In this document: positions 1 through 13,000 of the stretch, in pieces
How positions within the stretch are numbered: the first letter of the stretch is position 1
How the letters are laid out: every line of letters starts with the position of its first letter
Source of the DNA: Hydrolagus affinis
Lineage: Eukaryota
Length of the DNA: 64,000 nucleotides
Direction: 5' to 3'
Assembly: GCA_012026655.1 (NCBI GenBank)
Contig: JAAILG010000267.1
Coordinates: forward strand, 1 to 64,000
Made by a program: the position numbers and the translations under genes
Notes under the pieces: model-generated
Database searches by the model: none
Told to the model about the DNA's origin: nothing
What the model saw: the letters and a program-made list of their open reading frames with translations, nothing else

Positions 1-24
1 AATTTGTTGTTGTTGTTGTTGTTG

Positions 25-150
25 AAAATGACCAATTTTTTTTGAGGGATTATTATTAGGCATGTGTAATAAAGAAACTTGCCCAAGATTTCACCTTGCC
101 TGTAATTGAACCCAGGTTTCTCGCTCTAACCACTGAGCTACAGGACTCCA
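25..150 (-). mobile_element. 5' half of tRNA-derived SINE (same family as 35594 and 59239)
   Basis: Reverse complement GGAGTCCTGTAGCTCAGTGGTTAGAGC...GGTTCAATT (A/B-box-like); near-identical to 59400-59537; adjoins a (TTG)n tract at 4-24. Confidence 0.85.
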
Positions 151-2928
151 CAACCTACTAAACTAAATTGATTTTGTGATGCATGTCTTACAATACTGGT
201 AAAGAACAATGCACCACATGTTTTGGTTATGACATGAATTCATTTTGATCATGGATCAACAGCAATAATCAATATCCGAATGGTTTTTCATGCTTCCAAA
301 CTTCAGAGAAGCACTAATGTGAAGTGCGTTGACCAAGTACTATTTATACATGGAAAGGAGTGACTGCCAAATACACCACAATATCTAAAAAGAAATGTAA
401 AAAGTGTTTTGATGTGTATGAGGTTTTCATGTTGGCATTTTCTACAAAGTGACCGCAGACATGTCAGTGGTGTTTAGACTCCTATCACATGAAATGTTCT
501 TTGATGTTTTAGGCTTTATTTTTTGTACTATTGAGACCTTTTGCATTGCCCATCGCTCAACTAGTAAGAGGCAAATATAATTACAAAAAAAATTCAAAGC
601 TGCAATCATTTACTTCCCTATAATTCTTTCTCCTGCGGATTCAATTGGCGGGAATATTTTTGTTGTGTAACCATTTAGCAATTATTCCTATTTATTGTTA
701 GAATAATGACCGAATCAAAAGTAATGCCTTCTAACCCCCAAAAATTAAAATGGGCAGTTTTGTGAGTGTGTGTATTGTTAGTTGTCATTGAAAATATTCA
801 GTTTAAACGTAACTGATAGATATAAGGAACTTGACTTCTCGTTCTCATTTATTTTGGATGAAAACAGAAGAACTGCATAGCTGAAGGTAGTGTGCTTAGC
901 TTTTCAGCATGATTCATTTCTTGAGCCCACTTTTACAAATGTAGAAAAATAATGTTGTGCCTTTAATTGTCTCACTAAAAGTTCAAGATGCAGCAATAAA
1001 TATGAAATAAGATGTTCCTGTGATTGTTGTGCTCCCGCACACTAGCCCATGTGAAGGGCACTATATAAATGCAAGTTGTTGTTGTTGTTACTGCAGTGAC
1101 TGGTTTATAATATTGTAGATCATCGTGGCTCCGCTCAGCCCTGTGCACGTTTACTGTAGTAGCAAGTCAACAACACTTTGTTCAGTTCTATTGCTATATG
1201 TTCCACATTCTGTGTTGCCTTGAACATCCCTTGCCTGCTTTTATCTACCGTGGCTTTTGTGACCTTGCTCTAAATTTAAACTGTCAGGTTCAAAGCAGCA
1301 AAACTCACTTACGTATTCATGTGTGCAACTGGAAAACAGGGTGCTCTAAGCACAGTAATCTACTACACAGACAAGATAAGGCAAATGGTTTTCTTCTGTG
1401 CCATAAAGATTCTGATTCCGTAAATCTATCTGCAGATGTTCCTTCTAATACAGCACAATATTTGAGAGAGTAATACAGTACTTTGAAAATGTGCATTTTT
1501 TGATTTCTAGCCCTGCAAATGAAAGGGCTAGAAATCAAAATACAACAAGCTTCCCCATACACATTTGTAATTTGTCTAGAGTTTTGGTGTTCTTGATTCT
1601 GTAAATACAACTAGCCTCAAATCCAATCAGAGATGAGGCAATTAGCGATTGCAAAACTGAAATGTGCCTTAAAACGTCTCTAACTTCACAAAAAGGATAG
1701 TTGCACTCTGAACTATGTTTTTAACAATAATGCAATAAGTAGTGTATATCATTTGTAATCTCGGATATGATATTCTTAACAATAGATGGAGCCCTTATTA
1801 AGTCTTGTAGGTATTAGATTACAACTTTGTTGTCTGTTAAAATATGTGTTAACTCTTCCAGCGCTGATGCGTTCACTCGTCAAGCGCTCCAGGGGTTGCA
1901 GCTGGATGTATTCGTTGGGCACCTTGTCTGTATTTTGACATGTAAAATGTGTTGAAAATTAATCTGGACATGTTAGCGATGTTACTGTGTCTCTACCTCT
2001 GCTTTCACTTGGTTTAAAAAAGAATTACCAAAATGAATGATGCTAATAACAAGGAATTTGCAACATTTGGGATGTTGGTGGACATTGTCATATTTAGCGA
2101 TGAAGACAATTTTCTTTTGCTGAGGTTAAATGTAGAACTATCTGAATAGCTTAGATGTCGATATGGAGTGATCTGCATGCATAGCAGTAAGGTCAGTGCA
2201 CTTTCAGTTTCTTTATAGTTCATGTGCAAAATGTTGAATAATACAGAACTTACTTGCCATTATTTACATTTTAACAAGGTGCAGGAATCTGTAAGGGGAA
2301 ACCAGCAACTGAAGCTGCGAGTCTGGCTGCTAAATGTGCTTTAGCTTAACTTCAAGCTTTAACTTCTGCCTTCCTGCCTCTGTTCCATCAAAACAAATCT
2401 CTAAGGATTATCCTGGTTTTGAACCGTTTAATGTTCTTGTTGCATCATTTAAAATACATAGGTTTTAGGCTCATTATTTAAATGTGATTTTAATAGGTGT
2501 ATTTTCATATTTCAAGCTACTGTACAGCACATTGTGCCCTTGAGGGAATGTTAATTCTTTGTGGTGTACATGCGGTTGGGCTCCAAATATATGTTGTCTC
2601 TTGGGAGAAACCCTACTGAAACCACGTAGCAGTCCACAAGAAGATAGATTTTGCACCGAAACAGTACTAGCTTTATATTAATTCCACTGAGTACCTAGAA
2701 GAAAACCTAAATCAAATAGGTGCTTTCATTTGGAAGCTTTTGGTTGTAACAGTTTTGCAATGTTGTACTCATAAAGTGTTGCCCAAGTGTTCAGTTTTCA
2801 TATGTAACCTTAGGTGTTTGGTAATGCCAGGCTGTTCATTCTCAGCTCTTGCCAACTACCGAGTTTTAATTTGTGGCTTTGACTATTGTCAGTCGGTTTA
2901 AATTTGGGGAGAGCAGTTCCACATTCTG

Positions 2929-3050
2929 TCCTCCCATGATGTATCCGGGTCTGCATATTCCAGTGGAGGTCATTGATAGTGTTCAGGAGCTAGAAACCAC
3001 TGTTTCTTTTTCTTTTAATTGTTCCCTGGCCCTAAGGTCCTGAAGGAAGC
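2929..3050 (-). mobile_element. Ancient SINE fragment, AmnSINE2-like (related pieces at ~7355-7470 -, ~19880-20090 +, ~21560-21680 +, ~23115-23340 +)
   Basis: Shared motifs such as GCTGAGATCAGCTAACT..ACACAGA and CCTGAT.CT.TC.AGTG; family name from memory. Confidence 0.5.
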
Positions 3051-3289
3051 CAATTATTGTATATTACAGCATTGGCGAATATGATCCCATTATTGGGTAC
3101 CAATATGTGTTTATAGAAATTGTTTTCTTTGAAATGATTGTGGCATGTTTCACTTTTTATAATTTCCTATAATTCGTTATTGGGATAGTACTGTACACAG
3201 TAATTATTATTACTGTCATTCTCAGTAATGTAAATGTGATTCTATTACTGTAATTACAATTATTTGTAATTAGAAGTGCTTTCAACCTT

Positions 3290-3518
3290 TCTGTCCCACC
3301 CTCTGGAACTCCATCCCAGAATCCTTCCACCTTGCCATCTCCCTTGCCTCCTTCAAGGCCTGTCACAAGACCTTCCTCTTTGACCATGCCTTTAGTCATC
3401 CTCCCACCCCTATCCCCCTTGGTCCCCACCTCTCTTGATTCCAACGCCTAGTGCCAGTGCCTTGGGACATTATCACAGCATGAAAGGTACTATATAAATG
3501 CAATTCGTTGGTGTTATT
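3290..3518 (+). mobile_element. L2 LINE 3' end fragment
   Basis: CCCACCCTCTGGAACTCCATCCC...TGAAAGGTACTATATAAATGCAA tail, homologous to 9090-9325. Confidence 0.75.
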
Positions 3519-5205
3519 GCACGCAATAATGAGCTAAAAGTGCACAAACCTGGGATTGTCTTTGTGTGGCTCAGTACCAGAACAAGAATGGCTTGGTGAC
3601 TGAAGCAAGTTCACGAAGTGCTACAAAACACTTGATCTTCTTGCAACATTTGCAAAGCAATTTCTCCAAGTGGTGTGTTTGCTTTGCCTCCAAAAGCTTC
3701 TCAGACAAATAGAGAATGAAAATATAGAAGAGAAAATATTCTTCCAAGTCTAAAAAAAACAAGTGATTCGACTTTGTAAAGCAGCAGAAGCATTCTCATT
3801 GACATCTGGTATACATTGCATTTTGACCTGAATCAGCCTTTGTCAATCATATCTATGCTACCTGATGTTAGGAAGATAACTGTGGGCATGAAAAAGTGAT
3901 TACACTGGAATAGCTGAGTCCACTGTATCAAATTTCAGGGGGGGGTCACAAACGCATTTCTTCCCAAGAGAAAAAGATTCTCACACAGCAAAACTTCTTA
4001 GCCAATGCAAGATTTTTAACATATCGTGCGTTTGGTTAACCATGTCAATATGGCGATGAATATACAGCTGGCCATAATACTATTGCACACCTCAGCTGGC
4101 TGGAATATCTTTCTGTGACTGTGCCGATGATGAGTGATACTGAAAATGCCATTTTGCACTTGTTGTCAGATTTCCCAAGGCAATACAAATTCATTTGTAT
4201 CTGTTAACAAATAGGTGAATGTTTTTTCAACGTTCGACCAGGAGATCAAATGACTGAATTAATTCACAGTTAGGAAGGTGGCAGGCTGAATAAATGGCCT
4301 TTTCTTGTTGCGTGTTCTCAATTTGTGACTCGTGTTTAATGCTCAAGATACATAATGGAGCAGGTTTCAACCAGTTTCCCAGGGTCAAGTTAATTGAGAT
4401 GGTACAATTATTGGGAGGTTAACTGGTTGGCTGATATCACAATGCCACTGATTGATGTTTTAGCCTGAGGTCTCCCAAAACCCAGATTTGGCATGGTACT
4501 GTATCAATTACTTCAGGTCATGTTAGTGGAGTTTCACCACTTGTATGACATGGATGTGTTGGATTACATCAATTTAGGGACAAAATTTGACAAAATGTGA
4601 CCTAAAATATTCAAAACCTAATTACTATACTTGCAAAGCTGTATGAGATCATTTATTTGATTCCATTTAAATGTGATAAAATTCCAAAGGTCTGATTAAT
4701 TTATACAATACACAGGTATGTCTAATGACAACAAATGTTAAAGGCAGAGTGGATTATATTCTTGCACTGAAACAAGGTAAACCAGATGTTAAAAAAGTTT
4801 CATGGCTGTTACAATAACCTGCTCCCCAATGTTACTTCCACTACTCCCCAATGTGGGCTAAAGATCTGTCTTTCAAAGTGTTTTTCTGTGTTTATAGAAA
4901 TCCCTTTCTTTGAAATCATTGTGACATGATATAATTACCTTTACATAATTACCTAAAATCATTATTGTTGCGTAAAAGCGACCCATTAAGAGTATAATTA
5001 AATCTAAAACACCAATGGAAAAACCAGCCAGTTGACTCATTGGCACATTATGGTGAGGCAGGACTTGTTTCAGGCTTGGCTTGGCTCTTGCTAATCTGCA
5101 TTGAATACTCACCAGGAATTAGGTAAGCAGGAACACCCCTCCTGGTAGAGAATACACAATCCATTCCAGAAAAAAAGAAATTTCTGTGTGTAGGTTATAT
5201 ACATA

Positions 5206-5972
5206 CAGTAGAAGCCCATTTATCCGTGACTCGATGCACCGGCACTTCCGTATAACTGGCATGGCAAAAAAATAGTCCCCATTCGATAAACCGGAACTTA
5301 TCCGGAACAATACCAGTGGAGCATTTGTAAATGCATAAATAATAACAGAATAACAGAATATTGTATTGGTACTTATTGTTAAAACTACTCTCTTGCGCTT
5401 TTTACCTTTGCTGGTGGATGCTGCGCTTGAAGCCGTGATAATGCGGTTGAGGTTTACAGTCCAGCAGTTCTTCTTAAAATGGAGTGGGTGAAAAAAACGG
5501 AGCGCGTATGACTTTAAAATGATACTATGACTACGTATGATTTTAAAGCCATACTAGCGGCAAGCTGATAATGCTAGCCGATAACCCACATTGTCGTGCA
5601 GGTGCAGTATTTCGGTTTGCCGCTAGTAGAGTCTAGGGCTTCGGCTTGCAGCTAGTAAAGTCGCGCAACTTTAAAATCGCGCTGCCATTTTTTTCACCCG
5701 CTTGGCTCCATTTAATAAAGAATGCTGGACTGTAAACCTCAATCAGTAAAGATGAGAAGCGCAAGAGAGTAGTTTTAACAATAAGTACCAATATAATATT
5801 CTGTTATTATCTGTTATTACTTAGTCTGGTGTGTATGGTGTGTATGATGTGTGTTAAAAGAACTTTAAGTTTTTTGTGGTGGGTTTTCGGCCGCGGGCCA
5901 CCCGAATATGCGGCAGGCGCTTTAACCCGCAATGGCCAAGTCCCGCGGTGCCGTATAAACAGGCTTTTACTG
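5206..5972. mobile_element. pogo/Tigger-type non-autonomous DNA transposon with internal foldback
   Basis: TA|CAGTAGAAGCCCATTTATCCG ... CGTATAAACAGGCTTTTACTG|TA; both ends match the 46790 MITE in reverse orientation; internal inverted arms ~5338-5520 and ~5670-5820. Confidence 0.85.
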
Positions 5973-7904
5973 TATCAGCAAATATCTTTACTCAAATTAA
6001 AGAGTCTTATGACTCTGAATGTAATGTCACACCAATCTGATGAACATTAAGTGAGGTGCCGGATAAGCGGGCTTCTATTGTATATGGAACTCTCGATACA
6101 TTTTAGTTACTCTCAAACATGTTGATAGTTTTCCAAATGTGTCAGATGCGACTGACTAAATGAACTGACTAATGCTGTGATTCTGCTCTCGCCAGTATAA
6201 GATCATGGAATGGGAAATCAGATCTATGCTGTCTGCTCCATATCCATACTCAATTGGGAGAGGGAGGCTTGTGTGATTTTTCACTCAATAAATTCTGTGC
6301 AGACAGAAATGGCTTGGCTACTGAAATGAGCAAGGGCTCTGCTGTGTCTTGCATTGCCATGTTTGGTGATCTATCACTACCAAAATTGTATTTATTTGCA
6401 CCAAATGGTGAGTAGAAAACAGAGTCAATGACGTTACAGTATTACTATGATCTAAGCAATGTATATATCTTGATAGAATTGATTTACAATGTGCTGGTAG
6501 AGATTTAATTCTTAACCGATAAGCCAACTAATGGAAACGTATGCATATATGGAAATGTTTCGAAGGGAAAATGGCAGAATGATTCATCAATAATTTTCCC
6601 TCATTTTCATTCCATTATATGAATTACACTTGCTTGGAAATGTAATGTATACAGTATGACAGAAGGCTTATAATGAAGACGGAATATTTTAAACGTCTGG
6701 TGAAAATATTTTTGGCTGTTTTAAATCTTGTAAAAACATTTTTGTTAGATTTTAATTGGTATTTATAAATTGGAAAAGTTAGTGTATCATTTGTTACTTA
6801 CTGGCTCAATGCCAGGTTTACAAGATCAGGTAACTACACACTGAAAAGCACAATACAACTGTTCATTATGCAACCAATTGCTTGAAGGATGACCAGAAGC
6901 ACCTGCACTGAAATTGCTAGCATTCGGTTAAAATCAATATCAGCTCTTTATTACTGTAGACATTTTACGTTTATGAATGGCAATTTATTCTGCAGAAATA
7001 ATAAGTCTGTGAAATCTATTGGGCTTGCATATTTCCAAAACAAACATTTATCTCACACCTTAACTTTACCCCTGTAACTCAGAAACCTAAAGAATTTCAC
7101 ATCCAGGGTACCCAAGAGGCTGTGGTAATATTTTGATTTTTTTTAAATGCTTCCTCGTTTTTGCTCACAATTTGATAACCTCCATAATATACTACCATGT
7201 GTTAAGTTGTTCATTCATTTAAGGATTGGATTCAGCTTAACTTCTCATTTTGGTTGTGCAGAAAACCCATGTTAGTGAGCAGAGAGAATGCGTAGGGTTC
7301 AAAGAGTTTGGAAAGATAAAGAGGTGCCAGAGAGTGGATGGATGAATACTTTCCGTTCCCTACACGAGGGCACTTAGGCCAAATGTAACATCTCTACCTC
7401 TGCCCCGGCTGAGATCAGCTAACTAAACACAGATTGGGATTTGAACCTTTAACTTTCTGGCTTGGTTCTACATTTGGTGGTTATTGGAAGCTCCAGAGAG
7501 ATCCGATAACATATAAGCAACCAAAGTGGCTGAAATGAATTAGGGAATTTTTGAATGATTGGTTTTAACTTTTAAAAATAACATTTCAAAAAATGAATGC
7601 AGTGCTTTTCAAAGACTAGACTTCTGTTTAATCCCAGACAACCATAAAAGTATGCACTCACTGGATATAATTATATTGTCACAGAAAGCTCTTTTTAAAA
7701 ATGTCAGCACCATATTAATAATTGTTGTATGAAGTATTTTGTTTAATTCAGTTCAGCAATGTTTAATCACAGCAATATTTAATCACATTATAGTAACATA
7801 GTGTAGTTGTTACAGCCACATACTTTGAAAGCCTTACACTCATTACTGAAGTTGGCATGGTTGAATGATAGGGTGGTTTGGATCGTAGGGGGTTCTTGTG
7901 GGTG

Positions 7905-8065
7905 AGGTTGATGGATTTCTAAAGGATAGTGGGATTAAGGGATATGGGGATAGGGCAGGTAAATGAAATTAGGTTAGAAGATCAGCCATGATCCAATTAA
8001 ACGGCAGGGCAGGTTTGAGGAGCCAAATTGCCTACTCTTGCTCCTATTTCTTATGTTCTTTTGTT
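7905..8065 (+). mobile_element. CR1 LINE 3' terminus
   Basis: AAGGGATATGGGGATAGGGCAGG...GATCAGCCATGATC...CCTACTCTTGCTCCTATTTCTTATGTTCTT, typical chondrichthyan CR1 tail. Confidence 0.8.
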
Positions 8066-8244
8066 CTAGGTTCAATTGGGTGTGAACTCTTATGTGAGTA
8101 ATGGGGAAACTGGTTGCTCATCAGCAACAGAGTTTGTTGGTTTAGTTGACACTAACCTGTAGTAGGGAGGTCTGCAGCTTCTGGTGCTTCTTCAACTTTA
8201 TAAGATACATCAAAGGTGTTCACATGTGTTGCTGCACATGTGTT

Positions 8245-9325
8245 TACAAGACCAAAGCCCTCCTGATTGGCTTGTGCCAGCGCCTTCACACATCAGGCAC
8301 TGGCAGGATCAACCTCCATGGTTGCACACTCAACCTCATCAAGTCAGTCTGGAACCTAGGTGTCTTGTTCAATCCTCAACTGTCTTTTCTTCCCCACATT
8401 TAAGACATGACCTGCTCTGCCTTCTCTCACCTCCACAATATTGCCCGACTCTGCCATTACCTCACCCCTCAGCCAGCTGAAACCCTAATTCAGGCTCAAC
8501 TATGCCAATACCATGCTTGGCAGCCTTCCCAATTCCTCCCTCCATAGACTGCAGATTATCCAGAATGCTGCGGCCCATGTCTTCTACCGCTCCAAGCTCC
8601 TGACCCCATCTCCCCCATTCTCGCCCATTTCCAATGGCTCCCCATAACCCAGAGGATTCAATTCAAGTAACAAAAACAAAAATTGCTGGGAACACTCAGC
8701 AGGTCAGGTAGCATCCATGGAGAAAGGAAAAGTGAGTCAACATTTCTGTCCCTTCGTCAGCACTGGGGCATGTTGGGAGGGAGAGGCTTTTAAGCATTAA
8801 CAGAGAGGGAGAGGCACGGCAAGAAAGACAAAGAAGAAAATGGGATAGAGGGCAGGAGATGATATGTTAAAGAGGTGTCAATGTTGTGAAACAAAAGGGG
8901 AGGATTGCAACAAAATTGGGGAGAAGAGATCTTGGTCCTCATCTTAAAAACCTGTCATAGCCTTGCCCCACCCAACCTTTGCGACCTCCTAACACCCTAC
9001 CAACCTGCCTGCTCCCTCCACTCACCAAGCTGCTCCATGTTCCACGCCCCACCTGTCCTACCATCGGTGGGCGAGCCTTCAGCCATTCTGCCCCTTTGAA
9101 ATTCCATCCCGCAGTACCTCCACCTCGCCCCCTCCCTAGCCTCCTTCAAGTCCTGTCTCAAGACCCTCCTCTTCAACGGTCCCATCGGTCACACAAAATC
9201 CCCTCCTTTCCCTCCACCTTCTCCAATCCTGACCCCAGCTCAGGTTTGAAACATTAACTGTCTAGCACCTTAGAACGTCCTCCCGATGTGAAAGGTGCAA
9301 AACACAGGTAATTTTGTTATTGTTC
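8245..9325 (+). mobile_element. Truncated, decayed L2 LINE (ORF2 C-terminus + 3'UTR), interrupted at ~8669-8929
   Basis: KTKALLIG...SVWNLGVLFNPQLSFLPHI, LQIIQNAAA, RIQFK|ILVLI.K..HSLAPPNLCDLLTPY; stops and frameshifts present. Confidence 0.85.
8669..8929 (-). mobile_element. Penelope-like retroelement terminal fragment inserted in the L2
   Basis: TGCTGGGAACACTCAGCAGGTCAGGTAGCATCCATGGAG...CCCTTCGTCAG; minus strand carries CTGACGA...GAAA; splits the L2 frame between RIQFK and ILVL. Confidence 0.65.
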
Positions 9326-10023
9326 GGGAGGATTAAGACTGTACCATGTGTACCTTCACAAAGTTAGCCCTGAGTAAGCTTGCATGTTGCTGGGGAAATT
9401 GTTATGCATTGAGAGGACTGCATCAAATATAAATAATACAATATAAATTTCTAATATAAGTATTCTTACAAGATGAATGTAGTTTCGGAAGATGGGTAGG
9501 ACTTAAAACATTTTTTTAAATAGGTTTTAGGACCTCCATAGAAAAGATTAATCCCCTCCACCCCATTCATCTTCCACCATCAGCTCCATGTTAAGCACTT
9601 TGAGGTATCCCCTGAAAGGCGCTATATAGATGTACATTGTGATTGGAGCAGACAGTACATTCTTGTAATTTACATTAACAGTTGTAGGGCTTAGCATTTT
9701 GAAGGAATGTGTGTACTGTTTTTACATTCTGTTTAAGATCATGAGTTCCATGGGTATCAAAGACCAATCCCCAGGATTAAGTGATTTAACAACAAACTAT
9801 GTAAATCTTTTTTAAAAATGGAGCCCTCAATTTTAAACCAAGAATGTTTCTAAGTTTACCAATTTTAATAACCCTTTTTAAAAAATACACAATATGTCTC
9901 AACATTCAATTATAAGAACAATATCTTGTAGTTAGAAGATTTTTTATATATCCAGATACATATTTTGATAGACTTTTCAGTTTAATTAGCAATTACTTAA
10001 TTACTTTTATTGTTTTATACCAG

Positions 10024-10068
10024 GTCCTCCAGGAGAAAAAGGAAAGCATGGTCGAAGAGGTAATCCAG
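10024..10068 (+). CDS. Collagen exon, 45 nt, phase 1-1: (G)[14 protein letters not shown](G)
   Basis: ttttataccag|GTCCT...CCAG|gtaggt; first COL1 exon, resembles GPPGKRGKRGRRGES of collagen XXV. Confidence 0.9.
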
Positions 10069-13000
10069 GTAGGTGAAGAGCTCGCCATGTTTTACAGACA
10101 AGTCATTATCTTTATGTTTCTCGTTTTATATAGATAGTCTATGAAGAGAGCTAGGAATAAGCAAGTTATAACATTGAAAGTTATTCTCTTGTAAATTATT
10201 TCCAAGAACATAGTCTATATGTTATATTTTGTGAAATGTTTTGAGATGTCTTCCCAATGTGAAAGGAGCTATATCAATATCAAATTATTATTCTATTTAT
10301 TCAAATCTTTCAACCGTTATTTGTATAATAGTGCTTTAGATAGGCCTTGTTTGAGTTGTGTTAGCTTTTAAGGTATCTATAAATAGTACTAATGTAAATA
10401 GAGGTTTGCAGTTTAAAAAAATGTTTTATGAAGTAGGGATTTGTATTGGAGCCTCAAAACCAAAACTATGTATGAAGCCAAAATATTATTTATTAAGTAA
10501 CACAATTCAAGTACACAGTTCAGCTGTGTGCAATTGGCTGCCGCGTTTCACCCACAGTCAATTCACTTTACAGTATATTCTGTGAGGCTCTTTGAGACAT
10601 CGATAAGATGTGAAAAGCACTACATCAAATGCAAAGATCACTATTATTATTAAGTAACACCAATTGTATGTGAACCTTGTTTCCCCAATCAAACTATCAA
10701 TTACTATCAATGACCTGAAATGTGCTGACTTTCTGAAACTTTAAATTAGAAATGGTGAACTACCTTATCAAAACTCATGAAATCTGCACAATTTACCGTT
10801 TTGTAGGGTGATGGCATGACAAAACAATTTTGACTCGCAAAACCCTTTTCCTATTCTGTATCACACACATATCCTTCCATCCTAAATTACCATTTGTGCA
10901 ACTCATCAGCAACCACCGGTGGCAGAAATGCAGTAGTACAACAAAATCAATCAGGACAGACCTGCTGCATAAGCATTGTTTTAAGATTTAAACATTTTTA
11001 CATGATTGGGTTATTAATGATCAAATAACAGAGGAACCTGATTACAGCAGCCTTTGATATTGTGTTCCCTTGCTTATAGCGGACAGTGGTAGCCAGAAGC
11101 AACAGCAACATTGTTTATATAGTGCCCTTCATTCACTGCTGAGAATAACAACTTGAATGTCAAAAAGTCGATGTCCCTCTCTGCTATATGTTCACTACGC
11201 GTGCTACTAATGCCACCTTCTGTGCACTACCCATGCACACTATGCACGAGGCATTGCTTGCATCACCTTTGGTGCACTGTACATGTGCGCTAGGCGTTTC
11301 TTCAAGAAAAACCTGCTGCCAATTTGCAAATAAAATGTGGTGCATAGTGAGTGGCACTTCCTGCATATATTCTTTGTAATGAATACGAGCTTGTTCTTTT
11401 CTTTTGCTGAATTTCATTAAAATCATGTCAAGTTACAGTGGATAACATACTTAATCATGACACAGGTTTAAATGTAACGAAATTGTGGGTGTGAATCCAA
11501 CATTTTCTCATCAAATAATCCAAGGAAAATGTACCTCTTGCTTCAAAATGCAAGGCAGCTTCTCATGCACTAAATCATGTGTCCATCATCAGGTCGCCAC
11601 CGATGTCAGTTCCTGTGCACAGGTCGTGTGCATATGCATAGAAAGTGATGTTGTTAGCCACCTAATGACCCAGAATTAGCCAAGAACTTTCTGCGCTCAT
11701 TCAGAGTGAACATAGAAATACTAGCCAGAGATTGTGCCCCGTTATAATCCTAATAATCCTTACATTTGATATAGCACTTTTCACTTCTTGAAGACATCCC
11801 AAAGCCCAACACAGGAATATCGTGTGAAGTGCAGTGTTGTGTGTTTTGTGAACAAACGTGGTAGTCAATTTGTGCACAATTTTTGTTTTGATCAACCTGG
11901 TGTCTGAACATGCAGAAATCCATCACCATGCTTAAGAGTATCCATGAGGATTCCAAACATCCCACTACACATGGAGATCCTAGAGATCGATTGTTGGAAT
12001 GGAATATGCACTCTCTCCCTGGGGGGACATATCCTACTTACCTAATTCCAGGAAGTATCAGCGCAGGTTGGCAAGAGCCAAGGCTCGGGGACCCCAGAGT
12101 GTGTCTTGGGGTACTGCTGGATTCTAACCAGCTAAAACCACCTATCTTGCTATTGATATTGCTGGCAAGCCTTCTCACTGTTTGTCCAGCTAGGACCACC
12201 CTACCCATTAAGTGCTCTGGCTTGCAACAATGTCCCACAAACAGCCATGAAATGACCCTCCAGGGAGAGAGTGCACATTCCATTCCAACAATCTATTTCT
12301 AGAATTTCCATGCGTAGATGGGATGCATGGTATTCTCAGTTTGGCTTGGATACTCTTCAGCATTGTGATGGGTTTCCAAAGTGAATTGACCGCATTTTTG
12401 TTTGGGAGAAACATTGCAGTCAATTGCGCACAGTACTGTCCCACAAACAGTCGTGGATTGAAGTGACCAATTTATTATTTTATTTTCAATGACTAGACAG
12501 TAAGATTGGTTTTCTGGAAGAATTACATCAAATGAGTCAAAGATCTTCTTCATCCAAACTGATTTTGTGATCTAGAAGCTTGATGTTTGATCTGATCTTT
12601 TCCAACCGACTTTGGAAGAATAGTTTTTTCCAACAGTTTCAGGAAATTAGAAAATTGTTCAATCGCCAATATAGTTATCTCTAGGATAAATGTGTACTAA
12701 CTCTCTTGTCTTTATATAGGCTGATCTGTCTTTAATGTAATCCCATTTGCCTAAAAATAACTATTTTCTGACTTGGTATTATGACAAGTGATGTGATTTG
12801 TTGACTGAAGAGAATGAATGAGAATTAGATTGAAACTTGTGTTGACATTTTCCAGAAGGCAGCAGTGTAATATCTTTTGTTTCTTTTATTTACAGGATCA
12901 TCTGTAAGTACATGAAGGGCTTGTGTTGCTCATGGGAACCGTTGGGTAAAAAAAGACTATGTGTCAGCAGGCTTCTGCTTAATATATTGCATTCTGGATA

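Noticed and set aside
1-10023. Upstream MACIT exons (TM domain, furin site, CxC motif)
   Set aside because: No convincing exon found; these probably lie upstream of the window behind a long intron.
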